64,000 nucleotides of DNA from Schizochytrium sp. TIO01 (GCA_004764695.1 SMSO01000014.1:491648-555647), one strand, 5' to 3'; shown: positions 50,084-62,381, numbered from the stretch's first letter. Program-made: numbers and translations. Notes: generated by a model not told the origin, from the letters alone.

Positions 50084-50730
50084 ATTTTACAATCACATAT
50101 CCATGAAACTTTTTGTTATCTACTCTCACACCCTTTTTTTCTTTTTCTTTTATTGCTTTTCTTTTCTTTGTTTCCTGTCTTCATACACAAGTTTCCTTTT
50201 GTTGCCTATCACCACTTGCTCTTTCTGATCTCATTTCCTGATAGGTTTCAAGTTTTACCAGTTCATTCGAATGATATTTTGAGCAAGTTAGATGTACCAA
50301 CCAGGGTTTACAAGTGTGCATAGAAGAAATAAAATAGAAAATTTTACTGTAGAGCTTTGGTTCATGATTTATGGTTCGTTAAGGTTTGTTTCGTTTGTTT
50401 TGTTTACACACAGACGCACATGTTTGCGAGCTTCAGGTGCGCCGTGTACAAGTTTTCATGTTGTGTAGATGCATCAACTTGGAAAAAAGTTAAAGCTAAG
50501 AGAAGGAGTAGCTCTGCGTGCTGCAGATAGACAGAGCTAACTCTGATAAAAGGATATAGGTATGTTCTACTGCTTGAAATAGGAGCAGAAGACTATCGCT
50601 TTCGTGTTTCTGTTTTTAGCGGGAAATAGCGCAGACAGACTACTGGCGTAAGGTCGCAGTCGAGAGACTAATGAAAGCGAGTTGTAGATCTCCATGAAAT
50701 GTTTGCCCGGCCTCGCCTGTACATTTTTAT

Positions 50731-51735
50731 TTAGGCAGAAGACTTCTTCTTCTTCTCCTTCTTTTCCTTCTTCTCCTTCTTTTCTTTTTTCTCTTTCTTG
50801 GACTTCTTGGCGGCAGCCTCTACCGCGGGCTCCTCCTCAACCTCTGCAGAAAGCTTGGCCTTCTTATCCTTCTTCTTCTTGGGTTTCTTCTCCGCACTAG
50901 CCTCCTCCACATTCTCATCCTGAGAAGGCTTTTTGCGCTTCTTTGAAGAGACCTCAGAGTCCTCGTCTTCTCCAAGTGCCTTGGTCTTCTTCTCCTTTTT
51001 GGCCTTCTTCTTTTTATCTTTCTTCTCCTCCTTCTTGACCTCTTCTACAACCGTAAGAATATCTTCCTCAGAGATTACTTCAGTCAGTACAGTGGTCTCT
51101 TCAGAGACTACCTCACCATTCTCTTCAGTCTTCTTCAGGGTAACGATAGTGGACTGTGCGATCTTATGGAATTCCTCGCGAGCGCGAGAGGGATCTACAG
51201 AGGCAAGCTTAGCGCGGAAGCTCTTGTCCGCAAGGTGCTCACGAATGATCTTGCCAGTCTGAAGACGACCAGCGCGCTGACCAGGACGACGACCTCCACA
51301 GGCCACAAAGAGCTTCCGGTCTGCCTCAGAGTATGTAGACATATCACGAAGCTGGATGGAAAGCTTGGCATCTTCCTCGAGGTCATCATCGGAGTCGGAG
51401 TCAGAGTCGGAGTCGGAGTCAGAGTTAGAAGAAGAGGGGATGTTGAGGTTTGCGAGAGCGTTATCGAAACCCTGGTTCCACCAAGCTGCAGCTCCGGAGA
51501 AGTCTTCCTTGGACTCGTCTTTGCATCCGATACCTCGGACATCGTCTTTCATGTCGACCTTCACGTGCGTGGTGCGGCCGGCACGTTCCTTACCGAGACC
51601 ATCACCTTCCTGCCATCCGAGGCGCTTCATAAAGTTAGAAGCGAAGGCAGAAGGGGCGGCAGAAGCACGCTCGTTGCTCATACCAGCGAGCTTGCGCAGG
51701 GTCTTCTTCTGCACGATCTCTCCATTGTGAACCAT
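50731..51735 (-). CDS. GPATCH4: Nucleolar G-patch protein, GPATCH4-like, with KKE-rich tail
   Basis: G-patch FASNFMKRLGWQEGDGLGKERAG...RGIG, then WWNQGFDNALANL, KLFVACGGR...RAG...GK and a lysine-rich C-terminus. PINX1 is the alternative assignment. Start probably MVHNG at 51735. Confidence 0.7.
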   Translation of the reverse strand: MVHNGEIVQKKTLRKLAGMSNERASAAPSAFASNFMKRLGWQEGDGLGKERAGRTTHVKVDMKDDVRGIGCKDESKEDFSGAAAWWNQGFDNALANLNIPSSSNSDSDSDSDSDSDDDLEEDAKLSIQLRDMSTYSEADRKLFVACGGRRPGQRAGRLQTGKIIREHLADKSFRAKLASVDPSRAREEFHKIAQSTIVTLKKTEENGEVVSEETTVLTEVISEEDILTVVEEVKKEEKKDKKKKAKKEKKTKALGEDEDSEVSSKKRKKPSQDENVEEASAEKKPKKKKDKKAKLSAEVEEEPAVEAAAKKSKKEKKEKKEKKEKKEKKKKSSA

Positions 51736-52311
51736 GATGCAAGAAGAAACGGAACGAGGCGGATGAACCGGACGACAAGTTGCCTCGAAAGTAAGGGGAA
51801 GAGGAGACTGCGAAACCGCGCAGAGACAAAGAACAAGCGAAGGCGAGCGGTCTCGAGCAGTCTGGTTTTGCAGAGTGGAGAACTGGAAGAGACAGACTAT
51901 TAAAAAGAGTGAAATTGAAAGAGAAAGGAAAGAAGGAGAAGAACGAGTGGTGGTCCTAGCCAACGCAGAGTGTGTGCTTTTTTATAGAGTAGCAACTCCA
52001 GGGCGGAACCACCATAACTCTAGAGTGTAAAAGGGTACAACAGTTCTGAGATGGGGAAGAGAAAGTGGGGGTGATAGCTTCAATTGAGAGGTAGAGTTAA
52101 CAAGAAGGAGTGTGAACATGAAGGTGAATTATAAATTTTGAAGATTACCTGTTAATCTGCTCATGGTGATGAAACAATAAATAAAGTTTGGTGCTATGGA
52201 ATGCATGCAGAAGAATGGAAACGAGGTCAAAGAATGTGTAGAAGGGCTGAAACAGGAAACGGAGCGAAGGTCACAGAATAGATAAACTAAGTAGCAGTAA
52301 CCAAATAGTTT

Positions 52312-53178
52312 TTACTTGCGAAACATTCGTGTGATGTGGGCGATGCTGGGCGAAAGAGCAGCGCCTGCTGCGATTGTACAAGGGTAAAGGATTGCACTAG
52401 TATTAACAGCTGCTGCCCAGGTTCCAATGACGCTTCCAAAGTTCTGGATTCCATATTGTGCAAGAAATCCGGTCACATCAAAGCCCTGAAGAATTGCAGC
52501 GTAAAATGCCCAGACCACAGCTACACCAAGATATCGAGCTGAGATGAAGTACGCTGCTCCATATTTGTCAATCACTTTACCAAGAGCTTCTCCAGAAGAA
52601 CGTAGCGTACTATTGTTGGAGCTACTTGACCACTTCTCCCTAAACGAGGCTGGAACTGCCTCAGATACTGCTTCGGTAATTTTCACTCGCTTCAAAGCTG
52701 GTACTAAGCGACTTAAAGCTCCAGCACCGAGGATTTCTACTGGAAAGCGTAAGCGGCGCAAAGGACGCCCCATGGCAAAGGCAAGTGCGTATTCTGCAGG
52801 AATTTGCACTCCAGAGAGTACCATCATCTTATGAACTCCATAGATACTAATGATCTCCATGCAAAGGATGCCTGCCAAGGCTTCGCGAGGGTGCTTTGTA
52901 ATTCTATCATTAATCATGTCTACAGCACGGTCCATGAATGTTGCAGTGGTAGCCTTGACGCTTTCTTGTTGCTTCTCGGGACTCTTAGGTAACTCAGAAG
53001 ACAACCTACGCAGATTTATACTGCCAACAGAAGGCTGCATCGCTCCAACAGTTTTTCGCCAAGCATTCTGCTTATCCTGTATTGTTAAATACCTCCCCCC
53101 ACGCACGCTGTTTCTATGCAGTAGGCCAACAGGGTTACCCTGCCGTGCCAGCGGGGCGAAAGAGCGTAAAGAAGCCAT
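52312..53178 (-). CDS. Probable mitochondrial membrane protein, FAM210/DUF1279-like
   Basis: Arg/Ser-rich presequence-like N-terminus. EYALAFAMGRPLRRLRFPV and KYGAAYF...FYAAILQGFDV resemble DUF1279 motifs. Confidence 0.5.
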   Translation of the reverse strand: MASLRSFAPLARQGNPVGLLHRNSVRGGRYLTIQDKQNAWRKTVGAMQPSVGSINLRRLSSELPKSPEKQQESVKATTATFMDRAVDMINDRITKHPREALAGILCMEIISIYGVHKMMVLSGVQIPAEYALAFAMGRPLRRLRFPVEILGAGALSRLVPALKRVKITEAVSEAVPASFREKWSSSSNNSTLRSSGEALGKVIDKYGAAYFISARYLGVAVVWAFYAAILQGFDVTGFLAQYGIQNFGSVIGTWAAAVNTSAILYPCTIAAGAALSPSIAHITRMFRK

Positions 53179-54162
53179 GGCGATGGTGATTCTTCAAAGC
53201 AGCAACCACAACAACAACCACAATAGGGACCACAATGAAAAGAGATAAGAGGACTATAGCGTTTGATGGATGCCTCTTTGTCGTTGCTTTGCAGTACTTT
53301 GCCTTGTGACTTCTCTTTTACCTAACTGCTGGGCGTAGAAGAAGACTTAACCTTGCTTGCAATCATAATACCTTGGTCTTGTCTGACATTTTTGTCAAGG
53401 AGAACGGAACAGAGCAAAGTAGAACACACATCGCGCGAAGTAATGAACATGATGTTTTCTGTTTAAAACAAGCGACGATAATGACTTGCCTTGCTAGTTC
53501 AGATCTAATGATTGAAAAACTGACATTCTTGGAGAAAGCTTCAATGGATTGGATTTGAGCAGTTACTGTAAGTAAACATTGGCTGTAATGAACGTTGATG
53601 ATAAAATAAAAACAAAAACTAAATGACAATTCTTAGCGCTAAACAAGGTTGCTACAGTGACACAATTACCAGGAAAAGCTTTCCACTCTTTTACTAAGTT
53701 GAGATAGACCTCTTTCCTAAAGAATCTCTCTACTGTTTTACTCTTTTCCTTCGGATTTGCGAAAAACTAATCTAAACCATTTGTTAATGTACCAAACTTT
53801 GGTAGTTTGAGATCCGCTCCAGTACTACAGGTGTATTAGTCGTAGGTAATACCTTTGAGCTAAGCAAACGATCGCGCATGCGTTCGTTGCCTAGACAATA
53901 TTGATATTTTGTTGCAGATTTCAGACATGCCTAGTTCTTTTATTAACTTTAACTTTTCCTGCAATGGTACTATATTACCTAATCCATCTTTCGTTTGTTC
54001 GGATTACTCAATCAAGCATTAGTAAGAACTTTTTCTTAATTATATTTGGTGTAGTCTACACATTAAGGCCCGTTATTTATTCATGGTCTTCGATGATCTT
54101 CAAAATTAGACTATTATACTTCTTTCTTAATTACTAAATTAGGCAAATGAGTAAAATCTTAA

Positions 54163-55603
54163 TTACGACGGGCTGATAGGATAATAGATTTGATTGCCCA
54201 GAGTGATTTCGGCACATGAAGATATCATGACAACTTGCAAGCACGCGGCAATAATGAGGAGACATGAGCAAAGGGTAAATGTTGCTGACACAGAAAGGTC
54301 CACAATAAGAATTGATGCAACAAATGCATTCAACGGAATGCGAAAAAAATTATATAAAGTAGCACGGAAACGCTCAGGAATGAATGCACTACGCAAAAAT
54401 CCAATAGTTGGGTAGAATGCACCAACACATACTTCAAAGACAAAAAAACCAATGGTCTGAGCAACAATGTGAGTATGCGTTGAAAGAAGTAAAACACTGC
54501 AAATTGGTCCGACTGCCAAAGCAAGAGCTGATACTATGCAGATTACAACCAAATTTCGTTGAAAGGAGTACTGGACCACCACATCTGAGTTACTAAGGTC
54601 TAGTGTAGAATGTATTTTCGCTGAAAAGTGTGGAAGCTGGGAGCCCACCATAGAAGCAAACATGAATATAGAAAAGATGATTCCATGTGGCGGTGGCGTT
54701 TCTGATGTCAGCGCTGGAGTCCACATAAAAACAAAACTGTACATAGCCGCCTCGAACAGAGATTGTACTGTACCTAGCAAAAGTACTGGAGAATGCGTGA
54801 AAAGATAGGCGAAAGCCTGTTTGCTTGAAAGCCACCACGCTGACAAAGACGGTTCTAAGACATTCTCGATACCTTCATTGCTGACCCCATAATTCTCTTT
54901 CCAAAGGGCAAAGAGAAGGATGCTACCTACGACTAATATTACAATCGTTAGGTCAAATGCAAAAAGGTACCCACCAGCATAAATGAGAGGGGTCACTGGA
55001 GTTAGGGGAGCAATCTGCGTCAGTTGTTCAGCAGCAAGACCAGACACAACTGCAACAGCAGAATTCACAAGCATCGCACTGGAAAGTAGCTGTCTTAGAG
55101 CAGCTGTGGACATTTGCTGTTGCAAATGTTCGCAAACTGCCCATGCTTCAAATACAGAAAAAAGAAGTGAAGTTGCCATGCCACCAAGGATGCGGCCGAG
55201 TAAGAGCCACCAATACGAACGGAGGTGCTTGGTTAGGCATGAAGCAATATACAATAATGCATATATGAAAACAAAGCGACGACGTCCTAAGCGGTCCGCA
55301 AGAGATCCTACAAGAGTTCCAGCAAGCATTGAAGACACAAAACCTGCCACGAAGAGTACGGCAATTGATTGTCGAGAATAACCATACGCATCATAGAGAG
55401 CATATATATAGGGACCTTGAAGCCAATCGCCAGCGACCATAAAGCCATAAACTGTAAGGTATATCTTTTGCAATCTGTAAACCTCAGCTCTTTCACCTTC
55501 AAGCAAAATGTTACTTGAATCTTCTTCCTGGTCAGACTCTCTACTGACCAAAATTATTTCATTATCTGCGCGAATATTTTCTTCTGGAATTTCCTTCCAC
55601 CAT
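54163..55603 (-). CDS. MFSD5: MFS molybdate-anion transporter (MOT2/MFSD5); start region has a 1-nt frame discrepancy
   Basis: YLTVY..MVAGDWLQGPYIYALY..YG, LLGRILGGMATSLLFSVFEAW, QSLFEAAMYSFVFMWTPAL, RATLYNFFRIPLN. The nearest upstream ATG (55603) is one base out of frame. Confidence 0.9.
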
Positions 55604-55915
55604 CCTTAGGTGCTACACACGCAAAACTCCAAGCCCGTTGACAAAATACTTGGCAAACTTCTGACGCAAGGAAAGAGTTAGATATCTGCTCCTTTTTGTA
55701 TAATTCTTAATTCATCTAGCACGTATTACTATACATGAGAAAAGAAGATTACTTTGTAAAAGCTAGGTGTCTTCGAACGCAAACAAACTTTACTTCAACG
55801 CAGGGCCTGCCTTGCAGCAGCGCGCGAGGACGCAGCTGGAGAGCGCCCGGGCGTCTTTAGTACCTCAAGATCCTACTAAGACGGAGCTCTTGAAGAGCAG
55901 TTAGTGCAACACAAA

Positions 55916-58411
55916 ATGGATGTCGCTTCTCTCGATGTGGAGCTTCTGGGTTTGTCTTCTGCTGCAGCAGCGTCGCCGCGTGGAGCAGATGGTACCAATA
56001 GTATAAATGATTTCATGGATGAAGATCTCGCAGATGCGCTGGAGGCATCTTTTGCTAAAGGGAAATTGCAACAGCTTGTTCAAGAAATGATAGACAAGAG
56101 ATCTGCGCTTGAAATCGATCTTCAACGTCAAAACGAGGAGTATGAGCTGCGGATGCAAAGCGCTATGGAACGATCTCTCGGCACAATCAACAAACTCGAA
56201 AAGACAGAAGTTAAAGCTAGAACACTAATCGATAAGGTGGATAAGGAAACAGCACGCGTACAGCCTCTAGCAAAACAAGTTGAACACTCTTTGGTGGAAT
56301 TGCAGGCATTATCTAATGCACGCGCTTATGCACAAAGCATGATTCTCATTAAACGACTTGATGCTACTAATGAGCCAACAGAAGAGCAGATTGTAAAGGT
56401 TTGCGAAGCGCTTAAAGACTATCGTGCGTTTATGGCACACCTTCGGCAGAGCGATCTGCGCATTGCAGAGGTTTTTGCTGCATCGATTGATCGAGCAGCG
56501 AAAGCACGCCGTACCTACCTACAGAATGCAATTAAAGACTCGCTAACCAAGCTTCGTTGGCCTATAACTGCCTCTAACACGGATTTAAGAGCTAATGTAG
56601 AAAACAACCAGGCACTGCAAGCAGCTCTGCGATCTATGATCTCTTTACAAATACTGTATCTGGACCAACATCGAACACCCTATCTTGATGTGACCGGGGA
56701 ATTTGAGCATGAACTTTGGGCTGTCAAAGCTCTGGCCAAACCAATCTTGCAACGTTTTAAATACCACTTCAGTGGCTCACGAGCAACCAATCGAATTGAT
56801 AAACCAGACTGGTATCATCAATTTATTCTTGATGCTGCAAAGGATCATGCAGGATACCTTGCAGATGTTGTTCAACCAGTTGGCGAGCAATGTATGCCAT
56901 CGGGGGCTTACATTGATGTGGTCGTTCATTTTGTTAGGTTTCTGGTTCAGGGCTTGCACCATCATTATGCTGCCATTTGGCCTATTGTTGAACAGTCCAA
57001 CGCCCTTATCTGTAGTACGTTAGACGAAACGATCACCTTACATGAACAATTAAGGACTTTGTTTGGGTATAGGGGTGGCTCAACAGCTTGGCCAAGTGTG
57101 CCCAGCTTTTTTTCTAATGACGAATCACGCTTTATTCGGTGGATGTCAGCGGATTTGGAGTACAGCCGCCGAAGACTGCAAAGCATTATCAATGCTGACT
57201 CGGCATGGAATACGATTCATGACATAATCAACTCGCACACCGCCGTGGAGGCTAGCCTTTCGCAGTTCGCTGGGAAGGCAGCAGAGCGCGCTTTCCTGCC
57301 TGAATGTGCTGATATGGTATTGACCTTAGTTGATAGTGTTGGTTCACGAGGTGAAGCATTAGAAGAGGCGCATTCACGTGGCCTTTTCTTTCGCATGACT
57401 CAACTTCCACTTTTAGAGGACTTTGTTGTGGCCCTCGAACAAAAGACTCAAAGTGTTGACTTGCAAGAGTCTGTTCTTGCAAACACGTTCGAAGAAATTC
57501 CGGCAGTATGCGAGTGGTGCCGTGCGCTGAATGCAGCCTCACATGTCGATAAAACTCTAGCATCTTGGGAGGAAGGAACACGTTACATAGAGACCTCGGA
57601 GGCTCAACATGACTTGGAAGGAATTTCTTCTTTAGATAGCAATCTCGCTGGACAAATGCTTCATGACACAGCCAAAGGTAAAACGAATGCACTGCGTGGA
57701 ATGATGGCTGGTTTTCTCGGTAGGGTGCGCCGAAGTCGACAACAACAGAATAATGCCTCAGGTGGTAATTCTAAAAGTCAGAGCAGCATCGCAGAGAGTA
57801 TTAGCATGTTTGCGAACCAGCGCTCTCGATATTCTACTCTTGTAAATACAGAAGCTGGACGATTCATTGACTTATGCGTGCGGCATTTTGTTTACTTAGC
57901 CAAAAGTTACTTTCGCAGTGTACGAGAAGGTTCTATGAATGGTACGCAAGTGCCAGTGCAACATCCTGGCTGGGCGGAGGCTTTAGAATTTCTTTCCAAA
58001 GTGCTGTTGGAGACTCAGAAACAGTTACTGCCTGTTGTGCACCAACAAGTAGTGTCTCGTATTGCTATGGGTATTAACTCTTCTTTTCAGCATGAGTTAC
58101 TTGATATGAGTCGCTTTTCAGGTGTGGGTGCCCAGGCTCTTGCTCGAGATGCACAGTCCCTCTTCCAATTATTTTCACTATTTGCAAGACGACCTGAAAA
58201 TCGGTTCTTTCGTGCGATAAAAGATCGTGTTCGCTTGTTGACCTTACCGTCACATGCGATGCAGTCTTTGCTTAAAGCTTTGCGGGCACTCTCTAGCGAG
58301 CCCAAAGAAGCAGCACGACTTTTGGAGGAAGGCCATGGTGTGGCAACGCTCTCTGTCAATGATGTGGAATTCATTGCAGCAGTCCGCTCAGATTTATCTC
58401 ATCACAAGTAA
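55916..58411 (+). CDS. RINT1: RINT1/Tip20 family tethering-complex subunit (NRZ/Dsl1)
   Basis: PILQRFKYHFSGSRATNRIDKPDWY signature, FSGVGAQALARD near the C-terminus, and an N-terminal coiled coil. Confidence 0.9.
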   Translation: MDVASLDVELLGLSSAAAASPRGADGTNSINDFMDEDLADALEASFAKGKLQQLVQEMIDKRSALEIDLQRQNEEYELRMQSAMERSLGTINKLEKTEVKARTLIDKVDKETARVQPLAKQVEHSLVELQALSNARAYAQSMILIKRLDATNEPTEEQIVKVCEALKDYRAFMAHLRQSDLRIAEVFAASIDRAAKARRTYLQNAIKDSLTKLRWPITASNTDLRANVENNQALQAALRSMISLQILYLDQHRTPYLDVTGEFEHELWAVKALAKPILQRFKYHFSGSRATNRIDKPDWYHQFILDAAKDHAGYLADVVQPVGEQCMPSGAYIDVVVHFVRFLVQGLHHHYAAIWPIVEQSNALICSTLDETITLHEQLRTLFGYRGGSTAWPSVPSFFSNDESRFIRWMSADLEYSRRRLQSIINADSAWNTIHDIINSHTAVEASLSQFAGKAAERAFLPECADMVLTLVDSVGSRGEALEEAHSRGLFFRMTQLPLLEDFVVALEQKTQSVDLQESVLANTFEEIPAVCEWCRALNAASHVDKTLASWEEGTRYIETSEAQHDLEGISSLDSNLAGQMLHDTAKGKTNALRGMMAGFLGRVRRSRQQQNNASGGNSKSQSSIAESISMFANQRSRYSTLVNTEAGRFIDLCVRHFVYLAKSYFRSVREGSMNGTQVPVQHPGWAEALEFLSKVLLETQKQLLPVVHQQVVSRIAMGINSSFQHELLDMSRFSGVGAQALARDAQSLFQLFSLFARRPENRFFRAIKDRVRLLTLPSHAMQSLLKALRALSSEPKEAARLLEEGHGVATLSVNDVEFIAAVRSDLSHHK

Positions 58412-58657
58412 AGTATTCAATAGATTTTCTGTCTTCTCCACATCTATCCAATTCTTTGAGCGAAGCTCTGTTGTTACTGTTAGTAATGAACCACCGATGG
58501 TAGTCGCTTGAAGGCAAGCAAGGCGGAAATGAGTTAATAAGCCCGACACTCATACGACCGCTGCTCTGAAAATTGTAAAGTCCTTCTCTATTTGTTATCA
58601 TCAGGTGCAATGTTCCTACTTGCAAGTTGAAAGCCAGCAAGACAGCCATGAGACTGT

Positions 58658-60695
58658 CTATAGCAGGGTCGTTCGATAAACATTGAAGACTGCGGTGCGC
58701 AAAAATTGGCGGAACAGCGTCGGTTGTACGATTAGAGGCAAAAGCTTGATGTTATCTAGCGTTTGAAAGTTGCTAATTTGGTCTACGATGGGTAAACTGC
58801 TGGTCCCCACAGCGCCCATGTGCCTAATGAGCAATTTAAAGGTGTCAGCGTGAATGGTAAAGCCGTGGTTGCGCAGCATTCGCACTCTACCTGAATAAAG
58901 ACCATTCTTAGGCGTAAATTCAAATGGCTTGGCTTGTTGAAGTGCCTGGTTAACTCTTGTGCGATACTGTAAGTCTGGAATTGTGACGAAGGGTAACATC
59001 AATGTATGCACAAGCTGAAAGAAAACTCCTGCTTGCACTCATTTCTGTGCGTCATCCATTTGTTGTAAGTAGCCTTCTTTCCAGCCAAAATGTGACTGAA
59101 TATTAGCAGCAAAGCTGATGGCCTTACTTCTCGTGTAAGCGCCTAAAGTCCCAATTAAGTTAGATACTCCATGGAGTGGGCGGCAAAGGTGCTCATGTAA
59201 TTCAATCCGCCCAAATCCGCCCAGCACAGCACCCTGCAGGAAAACGTTTGCCCAGCTTGTGAAAAACCACGCACTCTTAGGCACTGTGGCATTCCAAAGA
59301 GCTGCCTCAGCATAAATACCAGCGCGAGAAGCGGTGTTTTCACCAATATGGGAGCCATCGAAGGGTTCAAAAGAGGGCACAGGTGGGCTCTGGTCAGAGC
59401 CATCAAAGTTGTTGGTTGTGAAAGGTCTATTTTCTGGGTTTTGCGCAGAGTTTCTGAGTGAGAAGTAAGTGCTATAAACATCATTTGAAAAGATCTCTTC
59501 TCCTTTGATTTCCTTTGCAATGCGCATGGTTGTATCAATCACCTCGTGGATTGCTGTGACAATCAGATTAAAGATGGATGCCAACACGGTAAGGTAAACC
59601 AATAGAGCTGCAATATAAATAAGCACAGGAATGAACGTTCCAGGCAGCTCTCTTGCAATTATCCGAGAAGCCTGGAAAAAGTAGCTACTGATCAGATTAG
59701 CAAGGGTGAGCATGACGCAAAGCTCTACGAGTCCACCGAAGATTTGACCAGCTATCTTAAGCTTGTCTTCAGGACGAAAACAGCCATTCATGGCCTTGCA
59801 AGCAGCTATAATAGAGGAGGCAAGAATAAGACGACAGAGAAGTCGCAATGAAGATTTAATTGTTTCTGTTACTGAGAGCATTGGAGAAGTCTGCGAGGGC
59901 ATTTCTCTGGCTTTCTGTAAGTCTTTCACTTTCAGGGCCCGAGAATATTTCCACGTAGTTTTTGACCATTCGGATTTGTGGAGTAGTTGCATCTTTGTCT
60001 TCCTGAATGTTTACGGGCTCAAAGTCGTTTTCGTCGTCGCTTTCACTTCCACTTTCGCTTTCGCTTTCGCTTTCACATTTACTGAAGCCTTCTTCTTCTT
60101 CAAGCTCAATGAGCTTTTCAGCGAGGATGGTTGCAAGAATTCCTTCATCAATCGGAGTAGCTGCGCGAGCTCGTCGATGCGCTTCCTGAATCAAATGTAA
60201 ACGCAAACTGAATGCAGAGCCGTCGCATTTGTAGGTATTATCTTCCACCTCCACGGGTTCACCCTCTTCTGCTTGTTTCTGGAAAGCTTCGTAATCCTGC
60301 GCATACTTTTTAAGAAACTGTGAGGTCAAGCCGGTATAATTGGAGTTTGTAATTGTGACCGAGCCACTTTCGCTACTCTGTGACCCTTCATCGTCCTCAT
60401 GAATAGTTTCGGGGAGACTATGGCGGTGTGAATTCTTAGAAGTTTTAGAGCCGGTTCGTTTCTTTTTGCTGCTACTGCCTCTGCCGCTTCTGCTGCTTTT
60501 GCTGCTTTTGTCGACCTCGTCACTTTGCTCAAGGTGCTCTTCATTATCACCAAGCGGAGGGGCATCCGAACTGACATCTTCAGACTGTGGAGTAGATTTT
60601 CGACTATCAAAAGCCATGGCCATGCTGAAAGCAAGGCTTCCCACGCCCAGCGTGAGCAGAAGACTATTTCCTGAAAATTTACTTTTGTCCAGCAT
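58658..60695 (-). CDS. Multi-exon hypothetical membrane protein; probable introns 59806..59872 and 58975..59127; 3' end uncertain
   Basis: Three consecutive ORFs are joined in frame by GTAACA...TTATAG (67 nt) and GTAAGG...TTCCAG (153 nt). N-terminal hydrophobic anchor, acidic region and two TM-like segments. Confidence 0.5.
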
Positions 60696-60763
60696 GTTTG
60701 GCAATACAACAATTGTTTTTTTTGATTTAATTGGGAGACAGCGAAAAAATATTCTGATGTTTT

Positions 60764-61339
60764 TTACTTGCTGGCAGGGTAATAAAATGGCTGGCGACCA
60801 CCACGACCATCAGGAGCGCCATACCAAACCGGAATGTCATGATCCATGCGAACATTAGCAGGCAAAAGCAAGTCCGGGCGATGGTAAGCGTCCATGCGCC
60901 CTAAAACAACATGCGTGTTCCTCCATATATGCTGCTTATTCGATCGAGGCAGAGAAATACCACCTCTGTACTGATTCATACGCGCAATAAATTTATTCGG
61001 GGACTCTTTCATTCGAGACTTCCACAATCGGTCGTGCGATGACTTAATTTGTTGCAACTCTGCATCAGGATTGCACAGAAGAGGCGTTCTCAGGTTTTCC
61101 GGGGAGACCTTAGTGCGCGACTCCAAACGCTGCGCCTCTCTTGCAAGAATTTCATCACTCCTTTGAATGTAAGAATGATCAATGTGCGCACGGCGGTGGC
61201 GATCCCGTAGAATCATTGTTCGCATTAAGAGATCTGAGTCTTCCTTCAATAAAGGAGCGCGTTGAATCGAGTCCTCTGCTTCTATCATTTCACGCATGCT
61301 CTGGGCGGCGTCAAGGTGCTGTGTAATAACTTTATGCAT
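60764..61339 (-). CDS. Hypothetical protein
   Basis: 191-aa ATG-initiated ORF with protein-like composition; no recognised motif. Confidence 0.5.
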   Translation of the reverse strand: MHKVITQHLDAAQSMREMIEAEDSIQRAPLLKEDSDLLMRTMILRDRHRRAHIDHSYIQRSDEILAREAQRLESRTKVSPENLRTPLLCNPDAELQQIKSSHDRLWKSRMKESPNKFIARMNQYRGGISLPRSNKQHIWRNTHVVLGRMDAYHRPDLLLPANVRMDHDIPVWYGAPDGRGGRQPFYYPASK

Positions 61340-61440
61340 TTTAAGAACAAATTGCTTCTACTCAAGTGCAGAGATAAGTTTTTTATTTGGTTTCCTGCTA
61401 GGTACAAACTAGATTCATTGAAAACAAAATAATTACAAGG

Positions 61441-61845
61441 ATGCAAGCCGATTTAGATTTTTACATGGACTACGCTGACTCTCTTACATCCCACGGAGAG
61501 CCATACAGGCCACTGGACACCGGAAACGCATTCGGAAAGATGCTCAAGGATAATCACAGCTCGTTCGCGCAGCACAATCGGTCTAGGGCTCTCGAAAATA
61601 AGGTGCGCCCTCCAGGAGGTGAGGGTTCGGTAGCCCAAAACTTACAAATGATGAAGTACGAAATGGGTGGAAACTCGATGGGCAGTCGCTTAATCCCGCC
61701 AAACTTCGAGCGCTACATTGAGTCAGCAGGAAATGTAACTGCACAGGGGCCAGCGGACGAGATATCTTGGGTCGATGAACTAGAAGGTAACTTTAATCTA
61801 CAGTTAGACGACCACACCGGAGGAGTCGCGCAAGTCAAATCATGA
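61441..61845 (+). CDS. Hypothetical protein
   Basis: 134-aa ATG ORF after an A-rich leader, divergent from 61339 across 100 bp. Confidence 0.5.
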   Translation: MQADLDFYMDYADSLTSHGEPYRPLDTGNAFGKMLKDNHSSFAQHNRSRALENKVRPPGGEGSVAQNLQMMKYEMGGNSMGSRLIPPNFERYIESAGNVTAQGPADEISWVDELEGNFNLQLDDHTGGVAQVKS

Positions 61846-61907
61846 ACGCTAGCATGTTTAACTCCCGCAACCCTGCACCTAATCTGAATCGCAACTTGCT
61901 CTATCCT

Positions 61908-62381
61908 TCAAATTATAGTAACTTTCAGCGTGATAATGATCAACTCACTGATGAAGACCATGCTCTGCAAGACACTCATAGGAATCGCACCTGTTGCATT
62001 AGCGGCTATTTCTGCCTGTAGCACGCTTGTATTAAAACCAAGGCGAGACATGTCATTCGAGCGTGCAAATTCATAAGTTGAAAGACCGCCTGAGCCGTAG
62101 AGTTTTTCGACAAGGTTAAGAAATTCTGCTTTGATGGCTGCATCTGTTTCTTCTTTCTTCTCTTTTGAAACGTAGTAGAGCCCGCACGTGAAACGTGTTT
62201 CCTCATCCATATGAGCAAGCCAAGGAGAGGTCAATTTAAGTAATGCAGGCACTTCCGGGAAAGCAGAACCCTGCAGCGGGATCAATTCTGGGGTAAGTTT
62301 TGCATAGATCCCCGTCAGGGGGGTGTTTTTTGTATAGGGAAGGGGGACAAGAACAGAGAAAGGACAGGCGATGCACGGCAT
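61908..62381 (-). CDS. Hypothetical protein or gene fragment
   Basis: 157-aa ORF with a protein-like core; the gene boundaries are unclear. Confidence 0.3.
   Translation of the reverse strand: MPCIACPFSVLVPLPYTKNTPLTGIYAKLTPELIPLQGSAFPEVPALLKLTSPWLAHMDEETRFTCGLYYVSKEKKEETDAAIKAEFLNLVEKLYGSGGLSTYEFARSNDMSRLGFNTSVLQAEIAANATGAIPMSVLQSMVFISELIIITLKVTII

Noticed and set aside
48329-51903. Antisense ORFs over PA2G4 and the G-patch gene
   Set aside because: Shadow ORFs expected from strong codon bias; no protein motifs.
59030-59045. In-frame TGA between ORFs 59039..59992 and 58658..59038, suggesting readthrough or selenocysteine
   Set aside because: A 153-nt GTAAGG...TTCCAG intron (58975..59127) removes the stop in frame; no redox motif or SECIS is evident.
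59800-59880. Apparent +1 frameshift at AAT-TAA between overlapping ORFs
   Set aside because: Explained by a canonical 67-nt GTAACA...pyrimidine-rich...TATAG intron that restores the frame.
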